Below, in pieces: positions 1 to 11,862 of a stretch of DNA of 64,000 nucleotides. Every line of letters starts with the position of its first letter. Position 1 is the stretch's first letter. This DNA comes from Carcharhinus amblyrhynchos (taxonomy: Eukaryota). Under the pieces are notes generated by a model. It searched no databases. It worked only from the letters and a program-made list of their open reading frames with translations, and was not told the DNA's origin. The stretch is taken from positions 73,408,001 to 73,472,000 of the forward strand of contig OZ336880.1 in NCBI GenBank assembly GCA_965287045.1. Direction: 5' to 3'. The translations under genes and the position numbers were made by a program.

Positions 1-974
1 ATATAACACAAAGCATTTTTTTATTTCTTGCACTAATAAAACAATACATTAACTGTTTTTCAGTTGGCTTTCATTATTCTTTCAAAACGTTTGGTGCTGA
101 AGTGTGACGGAATATTACTCTCAGAAATGCTAATTGATGGAAAAGAAGTTTATCCTCCCCACGCTGCAATAGCAAATTCAGCATTCCCTTTGTCATAAAT
201 TATTGATCAGGCTATGAAGGTCCCCTGGACTTTGCCCAAACTGGCATATAGCAGTGTTACTCACTCTGCCTGCATCTCATGTGGAGAATTTTGTCCTTTT
301 TTACGTTGGGTCTGTGAAATGTCCTTAACCCCTCAAGCTCAGTCATTACAACATTTAGTCAGTACATTGTGTTTGCCATGTCAAGAGACACAATGACACT
401 GTACTTCAGAAAAGTGTAGACATTATTTCTGCTCTTCAGATTAATAGATTTTGTCATACTCATGAAGAGCAGCAATCAATAGCACTTTACTTTGACATCC
501 ACTATCAATAGACCTTGTACCCATTACTAGGGATGGTTAATAGATAGTCCTTCAGAATCCTTTTTGTTGCTCATAATAAGTTGGAAATAATTGCTTAAGA
601 AATGGTGTGAATGAACAATCATAAATATTTGTTCTCTTGACAGGTGATTTATTGCATCATATTGTTTGGTCTGATACCTATATCATAATAATATGATATT
701 TGTGTTATGTGCTTCATGAGCCAATTACAAACAACTATTGAATCAGCTCTCATGGGTTCTTAAAATAAAACAAATAAACAAATAAAATAAAACTTCCATG
801 CAAACTTATTTCTGTGCTTGCATCCAAAGTTGGATATCTTAAGAATAAATTAATAAAAACTATTAAATTTACTTCTAGTACAATCATATCAAATGGTTTT
901 AATATTCCATCAAATAGAAAATCAAAGTATTGAAATTACCGCTTACAGTACCAATATTCAGGTTGAGTGTTGCT

Positions 975-2150
975 GAAAAGAGAGACTTAAGTTGCCAAAG
1001 CTTTCATTCATCAGGACAAATGCAAGAATACCAGATTTTAAATGATCACCACAATTTACAACACAAGTTGATTCTGATTAGGCGAGGAAAAAGCCATGGA
1101 GCAACCAACAAGGAAGTATAGGTGCCTCACATTTCCAGTAATTTGATAACAGTGCAAGGCTTGAATATATTTATTTTGATTGCAGAAAACAGGTCCATGT
1201 GTGTGAATGTATGTCACTTCTAATGAGCATAAATGTTCCATTTTACAAGCTTCAGTTAAATTGGTTCAGGCATGGTTATGAACACAGTCAGGACTGTTCA
1301 GCAAGTGCTGCCCAATTGTAGAATCACATCAAAGAATAGAAGTTTTGCTTTGGGTTTTACAAGCGCAGCTAAGTTTTAAGTTTATTTATTGGTCTCACAA
1401 GTAGGCTTACATTAACACTCCAGCAAAGTTACTGTGAAAATCCCCTCGTCACCACACTCCGGCACCTGTTTGGGTACACTGAGGAAGAATTTAGCACGGT
1501 CAATGTACTTAACCAGCATATCTTTTGGACTGCGGGAGGAAACCCATGCAGACAAGAGGAGAACATGCAGACTCTGCACAGATGGTGACCCAAGATGGGA
1601 ATCGAACCTAGGTCCTTGACGCTGTGAGGCAGCAATGCTAACTGCTGTGCCACTGCGCTGCCCTGTTTGAGTATGTTCTACATTGCGAACAGCTAGTGAA
1701 TGTACTTGGCATTACAATGGCACTGGAAGCTATGCACAATGTTACTCAGTTGTATGGACCAACAACAGCATCCTGTTGGTGAGAAATACCAATAGCATTG
1801 CCACTGTATAGTAGCAGTGCAAAATGGCTTACTCACCCTGTTTGTTAAATTTTTGGATACTCTGCCTTTTCAGGGTAATTTAAGGAATACCAGGGACTTT
1901 ATGTCCAAATTTGGAGGCCTTTAGCCCTTTTGCAGGTCTGTATGATTCACAATGAGCAATCATCTGATCAGGATAGCCATTGCCCTGCAGGATAATTTTT
2001 ATGCACACTATTTCTGTATCAAGCTTGCAAGGTGGAAAATGACTTGCGCCCTATCTACAAGATGGCTGATTAGGTCAATCTTAATGTGTATATTGGCCAG
2101 TGAAAATTTGAACAACAAGTTAAGGAACTGTTTTTTTGTGTTACAATGCA
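975..2150 (-). mobile_element. Penelope-like retroelement relic (RT thumb, GIY-YIG endonuclease, 3' end with hammerhead remnant), split by a SINE
   Basis: Minus-strand peptides in order: FTGQYT, KIDLISHLVDRAQVI, IKIILQGNGYPDQMIA (NGYP motif), VFLKLP*KG, SNIVHSFQCHCNAKYI (GIY-YIG-like), LEVTYIHTHGPVFCNQ. Then CTGATGA..GAAAGCTT at 991-1017. Confidence 0.8.
1371..1663 (-). mobile_element. tRNA-derived V-SINE (HE1-like head, tail type 2)
   Basis: Minus strand GGGCAGCGCAGTGGCACAGCAGTTAGCATTGCTGCCTCACAGC..GGTTCGATTCCC (Pol III A/B boxes), V-domain, tail ending AATAAATAAACTTAAAACTT. Confidence 0.88.
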
Positions 2151-2391
2151 GTGGCAATGTGATTTGCATTTCCCTGCTCACAATTGCAAAACGCAAACCA
2201 AAATGTCTAATACTAGATCTGATTCTGTAATTGGAAAGCACGTGTTGACGAATCCTGAGTGTGCTAATAGCTACATGAACAAACAATCTAAGATAATTAG
2301 CTGAACTTGTAACATGGCTCATTTGTGCTTGCTAGAAGTAGCATGCATTCATTTGCAACAACTCATTCTATGCAAACAGAAAAGATACATA

Positions 2392-2743
2392 GAGGGGGCG
2401 ATGGCCTAGGGGCATTATCACTGAACTATTAAACCAGAAACCCAGCTAATATTCTGGGGACCATGGCAGATGGTGAAATTTGAATTCAATAAAAAAAAAA
2501 TCTGGAATTAAGAATCTGCTGATGACCATGAAATCATTGTCAATTGTTGGAGAAATCCATCTGGTTCATTCATGCTCGCTAGGGAAGGAAATCGGTTGTC
2601 CTTACCTAGTCTGGCCCACATGTGACTCCAGAGCCATAATAATGTGGTTGACTCTCATTAGCCCTCTGAACAAGTGCAACCAGGGGTGGGCAATAAATGC
2701 TGGCCAGCCAGTGATGCCCATGTCCCACAAATGAACAAAATAA
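2392..2743 (+). mobile_element. tRNA-derived SINE, second family, with LINE-derived GGGCAATAAATGCTGGCC tail
   Basis: Homologous to 36590-37132. The 3' end matches the LINE tail at about 62720-62800. Confidence 0.7.
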
Positions 2744-3221
2744 GAGCCTTTTTTGAATTACCTGGATGTAAGAGGAGCCTTTTTTCCAGGTTGCTTTCTC
2801 CAAAATTGAATAAACTTACAAACCAATAGCACCCTTTTATCTTACGGTATAAATTGTCATGAATATTTAAAATTTGGCATTCTTATATTTGTCATGGTAA
2901 GGTGCAAGAGAAAAACTTTTACAACATGTGTCTCTTTTCAGAAATATTGATATTATACTATGGTGGAATTAATAATACTAGCTTTAAGACTGCCTTGTTA
3001 AGAAATTGGACTATCAGGCTATTGGTAAAAAAAAGTGCCTGGTCATGAGTGTTGGTTCAGGTCTAGTGTTGGTAATGTAGCATATTAATACATGCTTTTA
3101 TCTTCTTATCTTTTCTTTGAACTTGAATGTTCTTTTAATTAAAATTGAAATGATATTTCAATTGACACCAAAATGTACTTCTACTGAATAATATATGTTC
3201 CCAGAACAAATAATAAAGAAG

Positions 3222-3610
3222 TAATTTACATTTATACAGTGCCTTTGATGTTCTCAACTCTTCAAAGCCAATTAAGTACTTTAGAAGCGTAGTCACTTTC
3301 TGTAATGTCGGAAGACATCACAGCCAATTTTCACACAGCAAGGTCTCATAAACGATAATCGGATAAATGACCAGATAATCTGCTTCTGTGATGTTGCTTA
3401 AGGGGTGAATACTGTTCAGGACACTTATTCTTCAATTTATACAGTGGGACCTCTTATATCTTCCTCAGTTTAAGATCCCAGCTAACAGAAAGCACTGCTG
3501 ATAACGCTTCATGAGTTATCAGCTAGCATGATGTGCAATGCCGCTGGAAAGAGTAACACCCGGAGCCATGATTCAAGAGATGAGAAGGCTATCACTAAGC
3601 TGAGGTTGAC
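3222..3610 (-). mobile_element. Deu-domain SINE (SacSINE1-like), decayed
   Basis: Shares gtagtcact..cagccaattt..cacagcaag..gaccagataatctg blocks with the copy at 11090-11530. Confidence 0.6.
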
Positions 3611-4469
3611 ACCTAAGAAACCACCTTGGTGCAGAAATAAACATCAAGAATGACCAATTAAAGTTAAAACTGTAAACAGAGGACAGCATACTTGCAAGTG
3701 AAGGAATGTGGTGCATTGTGTTTGCTGGTCTCTGTTGTAGCCCTGTGAAGTATTTGGAATAGTTTAGGAATGGGATCACACAAAGAGCCATCCTGGATTA
3801 CTGCCATGTGACAGGCTATCTGTGTGCCTTTAAGCATGCTGGCTTACAGGTAATTTCGGCATTTATAATGGGCTAAGGTTTATCCTGTTACAAGGGTAAT
3901 GCTGCTTGTAAATGTCCAATGGCCACTTAAATTTCAGTACGTGTGTAAGTAGAAGGGCGCCAGTTGGTTTGACCGCAGGTATGTTTTCTAACCGCTTTGT
4001 ATTTCACTTCATATAGGGTACAGTTGCAGGCTAGCAAAGGTATATTTTATGCCACTGTTATTGGCATCCTAAGAGTAAATCCTTGTACCACCTTTCCCAC
4101 ACATGGAGCAATTCAGACCTGAGTAAGACAGGCGATTGACTTCTGTTTGGTGCAAAAGTGAAATGTAAGCGGCTAAAACCTGCCATCCCGTTACTGTAAC
4201 ATCTCATGAAAAAGGATCTGCCAAAATTTCACTGTATTCTCCCAAAAAGTGTCCCAAGAAGCATCAACATTAAATTGGGATGACAAGAAGTGGACCATGC
4301 AGCATTCTCCCAAACCTGTGCCACATGATCATGGGCTAAAGGAGGATATTCACCCACTCAGAAGGAGAGTAAGAACAGAATAAAAAGAATGAGCCCTTTA
4401 CTGCCTTAGGTTCAACCAATAATTTTGCAAATACCATGTCAGACCACATGCATATTTCTGAAAACATAT

Positions 4470-4740
4470 TTCCTTTAAAACAGAGATGAGGAGGAATTTC
4501 TTCAGCTAGAGAGTGGTGAATCTGTGGAACTCTTTGCAGCAGAAGGCTGTGGAGGCCAGGTCATTGAATGTCTGTAAGACAGAGATAGGTTCTTGATTAA
4601 TAACGGGATCAGGGGTTACGGGGAAAAGGCAGGAGAATGGGGATGAGAAAAGTATCAGCCATGATTGAATTGCGGAGCAGACTCAGTGAGCCGAGTGGCT
4701 TAATTCTGCTCCTATGTTATCTGGTCTTATGGTTTTATGA
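4470..4740 (+). mobile_element. CR1 LINE 3' end
   Basis: gagatgaggaggaatttcttc..gtggtgaatctgtggaactc (RVVNLWNSL) and a ttatggttttatg terminal repeat. Confidence 0.85.
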
Positions 4741-5209
4741 AGTATGTTTTTGCTGTGATCATATGGCCTGAGAACTTATGTTTCAACTGGTCTTCAGGAT
4801 CTGTTCACCATTTTTAATATTTATGAAGCAAGAAATTAAATCAGTACAGCCAAGTTGTAAGATTCTAATTTGTGAAAGATTCATCACTTGGAGGAAATAC
4901 CTCCACTGCCAGACGCAGTTCATCAACAATTCCACAAATTGTGGATAGTTCACATTCTTCAGAAATCTTCAGAAATTTTTGTAGAACGATTCAGAAAAAA
5001 ATGCTGGAAAAATGCATTTTAACAGAATCTCAAAACATTTGTTATTATGTACAGTAACATGACTGTAACACCTTCCTTCCTGAAAGAAACTGTGTGATGA
5101 TTGCAAGTTAACAAAAGCTGACTGAGCAAGAGAGAAAATCAAGTTTTAAAATAAAAGAGTAGAAAACTGACCACATAATTTCTGTGATTAGCACATATAT
5201 AGGATTATC

Positions 5210-5580
5210 GACCTTAAGACACAGTAGGCCATTCAGCCCATTGAGTCTGCCCTGCCATTCAATGAGATCATGACTTATCTAACATGGCCATCCTCAACTT
5301 CATTTTCCTGCCTTATCCCTATAACTCTTGATTCCCTTACTGATTAAAAATCTGTCTATCACAGCTTTGAACATACTTAACGACCCAGCCTCTGTGGCCC
5401 TCTTCGGCAAAGAATTCCATTGAATCACCACCCTTTGAGAGAAGAAACTCTTCCTCACCTCTGATTTAAATGGGTGATCCCTTACTCTGGTCTAAGACGC
5501 TCCCATTAGGGAAAACAACTTCTCACCATCTACACTGCCAAAGTTCCTGACAATCCTTTATGACTCAGTATGTTATTCTC
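5210..5580 (-). mobile_element. CR1 LINE 3' end
   Basis: gtaggccattcagccc..ctgccattcaatgagatcatg, the reverse of a CR1 3' UTR. Confidence 0.8.
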
Positions 5581-7143
5581 TTCTATAATTAAAAAAATAC
5601 CATATGCAATTTAAAAACTACGCTATGCCATTCTTAAAGGAAGTGTATGTCAAATTCTTCAATGTCAAGCATAGATTTCATACTCAATAAAGGAACATAA
5701 TAGCATATGACTATCATTGTCTTGGAATTCTGCATGCTTAATTCAGACATAAGAAAATCAGACATGTTTCACAAATTATTTTAAGAAATGCAAGTCATTT
5801 AAGTTCACTGTTATTATTTATTTAGAGGTTCATACATTTATAATCAAATTTTCCATTTGCCTGTTATTCTTCAGAATTCATTATAACAATTCTTAATTAT
5901 AAGAATGAAAGGTTCCAGTGCCAGGTTATGAAATCACTAACTTCTACCCGACATCGGAAAGCCATGGCCCACTGGAATTTCAAGAGATTAAAGCCCACTT
6001 TTTCGCTCTGGAAAACTTTGATGAAAGCTCTGATGGCTTTCAGAGCTTTCATGTAGAGGTTTACATTGAAAGAGCCCCACCAGGCCCTGGCGCAGTCCAG
6101 TTCTGGCAAAGGAGGCCATGTCCCCTTAAGAGCCTCAGTTGGGGTCAAAGATAGAGGTTCTGTCCAATGCCCTTCTTGCCCCAGTGTAAGATTGTTGTAG
6201 GGTCTGGACTGGAGGGAAACCAATTCCTTCAACTTCATGTTCCACCTAAAAGCCCATCAGTGGGGAAGCATGAAATTCTATCCTTAAAGCTGTTAGATCA
6301 CAAGGACCCTTCATTGTCACATACAGTATGTAACATACTGTGGTTTTCATTTGGCTGGGCCAAGTCCTCGTTTGCCACAAATTTTACCCTGTCTTTCAAG
6401 TTATCAAGACACTGAGTTCTGAATACAGTACCTAATCTGCACTGGAGTTTTTTAAACTGTTATTTTGTTTTGGAGTTATGGTATTAATTATACTTAATGC
6501 AGGACAAGAAAAATAGGATGCCATCGGTTTTAAAATATGTAACCTTGAAATTGCATTGTGAGCGTATGAAGACAGTACAGTTCCCTGCAATTCCTGTGCT
6601 CAGGGTTGGAATAATCCAGCTAAGTTAATACCACTGGCTATTTCAAATACATCTAGTTTTAAATGAGATATTTCCCTTAACAAAGCACTCTTTAATAATT
6701 GTTGGTGACACTGTGAACTTGTATGATAATATGAAGGGTGACACAGGCTGGGTTCATTCTCAGTTTCCCATTGAAGATATCTTTGCAATTGGTCAGAACA
6801 TTTCTGATTTAGAGAGGAAACTTCTGTAAGTTAAACTGAAGCCCAGAAAGAGTTACTACTTCCAGAAACAGGAAGACAATTCGAGGGGGTAAAGCAACTT
6901 CAGCCTCAAGAATTTCAGAAGGAAGATCATAAGAATTAACTGTTCTCAATGTCTGCTACCAATTTGGTACTTCTCATCATCAGAGCGAATCTTTGGAAAT
7001 TAGACTTATTTTATCTTGCAAATCAGAAATTCCTGATCAAGTTTGTAAATCCTATTTGACTTTTCCAAGTGTTAATGTCTGTAAGCTACCTCTACAAAGA
7101 GTTACTTCAGTTATATGACTCCGGTTTATTCTTTTATCCCCAG

Positions 7144-7266
7144 TACTACGGCTGAACCATGGCTCATCTGACAACTCGGAGAAGAAAAGAGTTAAGAGCA
7201 GACTAAAAAAATTCATATCAAGGCGACCTTCACTGCAAACTTTACAGGAGAAAGGACTGATTAAAG
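7144..7266 (+). CDS. ARHGAP15: Internal coding exon (123 nt, phase 1-1) of a RhoGAP gene, ARHGAP15-like; region just N-terminal of the GAP domain
   Basis: Polypyrimidine acceptor tttattcttttatccccag and donor AG|gtaatg. Translates xLRLNHGSSDNSEKKRVKSRLKKFISRRPSLQTLQEKGLIK(D), close to ARHGAP15 FRLHHSASDTSDKNRVKSRLKKFITRRPSLKTLQEKGLIKD as I recall it, and closer than ARHGAP9/12/27. Not in the ORF track. Confidence 0.93.
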
Positions 7267-8146
7267 GTAATGTGTTTGATTTTTAAGTGCAGTGGCCTCA
7301 CAGTAAAATATATTGATGAACCACAGCCTCTAATATGACATGCATTGCTTATGCATTATGAGTGCTTCACTAATTGGTAAACTATTGACAACTTATATAA
7401 AAGCAGACAAGTTTTATGACATTTGTCTTATGGACACAACACAATTGCCTTTGTCTTTCTCCTGCTCTTGCCATTTGTGGCAATGTGTCACTACTGCTAA
7501 AGCAAAGGAAGGAGACTAACTTAATGCAATATCCAGGCACTGCTGCATCGATTTTATTCCTTTGAAGACAGCATGTCTGTTGTGACCATCACACCATACT
7601 CCACTTATAGGGGATAGTGTAACTAAGTGCTGCAGTGTATTGGAACTCCATTGTTTGAAGTTTGGGACTTTGGTTCAATTTCTATAACACACATGACATC
7701 TATTTTCTAAGATAGTTGACCCAAATGGCCATGAATCCAAAGCATAAAGTGGCTCATAATTCTGCATCAATTGCTATAAAATTGGCCACTTGAGTGGATG
7801 TTTAAACTGGTAGAACTCCGGATGTCAATGAAGGACACAGCTTTATCCTGGATTTTGTTGAACCTCTTAAGTGCTGTTATAGTTCCACCCAGCCAAGCAA
7901 GTGGAAGATTTTTTTACAATATTCCTGATATAACTTATAGGTAGTGAAATGGCTTCGGGGAGTTCAGACCTGTTTGGGTTTTGGAAATGTAATGTACTGC
8001 CTAGCTTGCCATAGTCATGTGATCCTCTCATGAGGCAAACTGGCAGTAGATTCCCATTTCCATTCATTTCAATAAGGTGTCTTATTGAGAACACACTGAA
8101 GAAGTATTACTATCTTTATACATGAAATATAGAAATGATGCACAGG

Positions 8147-8452
8147 AACACAGAATGGTTCAAATCTGCAAAATGAATCTGCTGAAAACAAGGCAAAATG
8201 AAAATCTGCAAATAGAATATTGACTACAGAGAAGATAGGGCCAAGAAAAAAATACAGAAAAGTTCAAATCTGCAGAAATGCTACCGGTAAAGGGACAAAA
8301 AGAAAAGTTGCAAGTTAAATATTGGCAACAGAGAAGGCACAGCTAAGAAAGGAACACAGTAAAGTTCCAATCTGTTACTGCAAAAGGACAAAGGGAAAGT
8401 AAACACAAAAGGGCCAAAGAAACGCAAAGAAAATCTGCAAATAAATACTGAA
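8147..8452. repeat. Degenerate A-rich tandem repeat, about 3 x 103 nt
   Basis: aacacagaatggttcaaatctgca (8147), aatacagaaaagttcaaatctgca (8251), aacacagtaaagttccaatctgt (8353); second motif aaaatctgcaaata at about 8200, 8303 and 8429. Confidence 0.6.
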
Positions 8453-8604
8453 TGAGTAAAAATAATTGCAGTAAAGTTTTCAAACCATCTCTTCCAATAT
8501 TGGATTTGAGATATATGGCAAAAATGGCAGTTTTTCCACTTAAAATGGCAAAACTATGAGACTGCAACAGACTGAATTAACGAGCCTGGATCAATAAGAG
8601 ACAT

Positions 8605-8961
8605 GATGTGGAGATTCTGGCGTTGGACTGGCTAAGCACAGTAAAAAGTCTCACAACACCAGGTTGAAGTCCAACAGGTTTATTTAGTAGCACAAGCCAC
8701 AGCTTTCGGAGTGCTGCCCCTTCATCAGGTAAGTGGGGGTTCTGTTCACAAACAGGGCACATATAGACAAATGCGATTTACAAAATAATGGCTGGAATGT
8801 GAGTCTTCACAGGTAATCAAGTCTTAAAGGTACAGACGATGTGAGTGTTCAGAAGGTTGAGCACAGATTAAAGAGATGTGTGTTGTCTCCAGCCAGGACA
8901 GTTAGTGAGACTTTGCAAGCCCAGGCAAGTCAAGGGGATTACAGATAGTATGACATGAACC
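8605..8961 (-). mobile_element. Penelope-like element 3' fragment (pLTR) with hammerhead motif
   Basis: Collinear with 24314-24681. Minus strand CCACTTAC-CTGATGA-AGGGGCAGCACTCC-GAAA-GCT-GTGG followed by AATAAA. Confidence 0.8.
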
Positions 8962-9419
8962 AGTGTAAAGTGACTCAACATGGTGATCCAAAAATGAAGC
9001 CATCAAAAGTAAGATTGAGGCTACAAGGTGACACAATATGTCAAGGATAAATTAATCAGACAACCTAGTGCAATGGTGATTCCAGCTCCTGCTACTTGAC
9101 CCTGTCAGCACTAAGCTGCTGACCATCCAACTTCCTTTCCCAGCCCCCATATTAGCTGGTATTAATACCGAATTTTCTCTCCTTGGGTGCTGCCCCTCTC
9201 TCCTTCATTTTCCGTCGGATCAAATAAAAGCTTAATTTTTCTGTAAACTATAAACTATGTCAACATTTCCAACCACCATTGCCTTTGAAAAACCTTGGAA
9301 GTGTTGTCACTTCCCAAAAAAATTGTTCTTGGAAATCAACGTTTGAATTAGCTTTCCATCTCTGTCACAGGAGGAAAACAACTCAGAATTATATTTAAAA
9401 AATCCTATGTAACTGTGAC

Positions 9420-10215
9420 AAAGATAAGTTAGCCTCCTCATCCTTCTTGTCTATTTTCAGCCTTTAATGTTCTTCACCAAGACCATCCTCCTCTAACACA
9501 CCTTCGCCACTCTTAGCTGGATGGGTCTGCACTACGCTGGTTCCATTATTAGAGACTTCATGGCTTCTGTTCCTGCTCCCATACCCTTATCCCTGGTACC
9601 TCCTTATCCTTTGACCCCACTCCCATTTTTCATTTACCCTGCTGAATCTCAGTGACATCATCCAAAAACAGGATGTCATTTTTCCCATGTACGCTGATGG
9701 CATCCAACTTCACCTCACCGCCATTTCACTTAACACCTCGACTGTCTCAAATGTTCAGACTGCTTGGCTCATAGTCAATAACAAACATTGTAAATTTCCT
9801 CCAACTTGGAAGGCCAAAACCAGTTTCAGCCACAAACTCTATTGACAAGTCCATGACTGCATCCCTCTCTTTGACAACTGCTTAAGCTTGGGCCAGACGG
9901 TTTGCAACTTCAATGTCACATTTGGCTGTGAGATGAGTTTCCCCACACATATGTGCACATTGCTAAAATACTACTTTTTCATGTCTGTAACATCACCTGA
10001 TTCTACCCCTGCCTCAGGTTTGATTGCTGCTGAAACCCTTTCTGTACTGTTGTTACCTGCAGACCTGAATATTTCAATGCAGTCCTGGTCAGCCTCTCAC
10101 ACTCTAATTTAAGGTCAAACAATACACTGCTGCTCATGTCCTAATTTGCAACAATCACCCATCTCTGCTGGGCCTGTTGACCTTCATTGACTCCTAGTAA
10201 AGCAATGTTTGAAGC
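9420..10215 (+). mobile_element. L2 LINE reverse transcriptase relic
   Basis: atgtacgctgatggcatccaacttcacctc = MYADGIQLHL, a decayed YADDTQLYL; pyrimidine-rich L2-like flanks. Confidence 0.7.
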
Positions 10216-10402
10216 ACTTCTGTGTCTTTCCTAGGCAAGACAATCCAACTCTCTGCTTCCTCCACTCCAGAAATCTTTGACTGAACTTTTGGGTCTTTTC
10301 ATCCGAAGGTGGGAGAGAGGTTGTTATCCAACACACCCCTAGTCCATTGAGGCATATACATTGTCTATCCAGTGGGTCTGTAGCTGGGTGCATACATGCA
10401 TT

Positions 10403-10668
10403 TGTGATAACTCCTATGATCTGCATGGGGAAATCACTGATTTCCCAGTTGGGCTTGTTGAATACGAGCTCTCTGGGGATTGGTAATTAACCAATCAGCT
10501 AGAATTCATATACCAAGCCATGTATAAAGCAAGACCCTGAGTTGGTCCATTATCATTTTAGTCGCAGTTGGGACCTGTTGTGTTCACCACGGGCTTGTGG
10601 TTATTGTTTATTTTCATTTGTGCTATAAAAGCATGGTTCCTTCACAACCAACTCCTGGAGTTATTACA
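10403..10668 (+). mobile_element. Solo LTR (266 nt)
   Basis: Termini TGTGATAACTCC...GGAGTTATTACA (11/12 inverted match). 5-bp TSD GCATT at 10398-10402 and 10669-10673. Internal CCAAT and TATAAA. Confidence 0.85.
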
Positions 10669-11089
10669 GCATTTAAATGGATTTTCTAGAAAAAAATCTC
10701 TCATTTCTCCAATGCATTTGTTTTCATATATGTGTGGTTTCTAAGAAAACAGGTCATTCTTTCCTTGACCTTATGTTAACCGAGCAAAACATTTCTACAC
10801 AGCTGTCCCATTCCAGAATTAATCAGAGAACAGTAGGAAATGTGGCAGATTTCACATTTTCTTTCCAAACCTGAAATTAAAACATAAACCACAAAAAAAG
10901 TCTGAAATGCATGCTTGAAAAGAGATATGTTGAAGTTTTGGGTCCAAACCCGTTGCCAGAAATGAAAGAATGGAAGCTAGCAAGCCATTTTTGGGGATGG
11001 AACAAAGTCAAAGATAGATGAGAGACATTGAAGATGTCAACTTGCAAAATAGCTTTAATAACCTATAATTAAGTTTATCAGAAGAAAGG

Positions 11090-11530
11090 AAAATGTATAG
11101 CATTTTTCACCATCACCAGACATCTCAAATATAGCCAGTTGAATGTTGCTTGAAGTGTGGCCGCTGTTGGAATGCAGAAAATGTGGCATTAAGTTGCACT
11201 CCATAAATTCCCACAAACAGCAATGTGATAATTACCAAATAATCTGCTTTTTTTTGTGGGAGGGGGTTGGTTGAGGGATTAATACTGACCAGATCACCTG
11301 CTTTTCTTCAAAAATAATTGTGTCACAGGATCTTTTATGTCAACGGAAGGCAGGCGGACAGGATCTTGATTTGGATGACGGTGTCATCCAAAAGACAGCT
11401 CTGACAGTGTAATAATTCCTCAGTACAACACTGGAGTGTCAGACTTGATTTTTGTGCACAAGCTCCATAGGACTCGAACCTGGAACCTTGTGAATCAGAG
11501 GCAAGTGTGCTACTTACTGAGCCACAGCTA
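11090..11530 (-). mobile_element. Deu-domain SINE (SacSINE1-like), near full length
   Basis: Minus-strand tRNA head GTGGCTCAGTAAGTAGCAC..GGTTCGAGTCC, then conserved central blocks. Confidence 0.75.
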
Positions 11531-11731
11531 AAACACACAGAAGCCTCCGCGCAGAAGGTTTGAAAGAGATGTTGCATGATAAATGTATAAAGGTTATCTC
11601 AGTTGGGCAGTGAAGAGCAAAAGGTGTGTGATCTAAGCTCGGTAAGGCAGCTGAGTCACAAAAAACTCAAATGAAAATGTAGAGGAATGAAGTGATAGAA
11701 CGATGGGAGAAACATGGCTAGAGAGACACAG

Positions 11732-11862
11732 TGGCCAGAATTCTCCGGTTGTTCACACACTGTCGACGCTGCCAGTGAGAACAGTGGATTCGCCCCTCGG
11801 CAAAATCTCCATTCTCTGTGGTGGGACCGGAGAAAACCAGGCGAGTTTGGAGAATCCAGCCC
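11732..11862. mobile_element. About 130-nt MITE, PIF/Harbinger-like
   Basis: Terminal inverted repeats ggccagaattctcc / ggagaatccagcc. Relatives at about 15049, 23608, 29018, 40200, 43248, 47400, 55490, 57685 and 63740. Confidence 0.7.

Noticed and set aside
4872-5057. ORF KDSSLGGNTSTARRSSST resembling the upstream ARHGAP15 exon (PKDSS..RSSST)
   Set aside because: There is an in-frame TAA at 4866-4868, no AG acceptor before the KDSS codons and no polypyrimidine tract. The match is low-complexity and Ser-rich.
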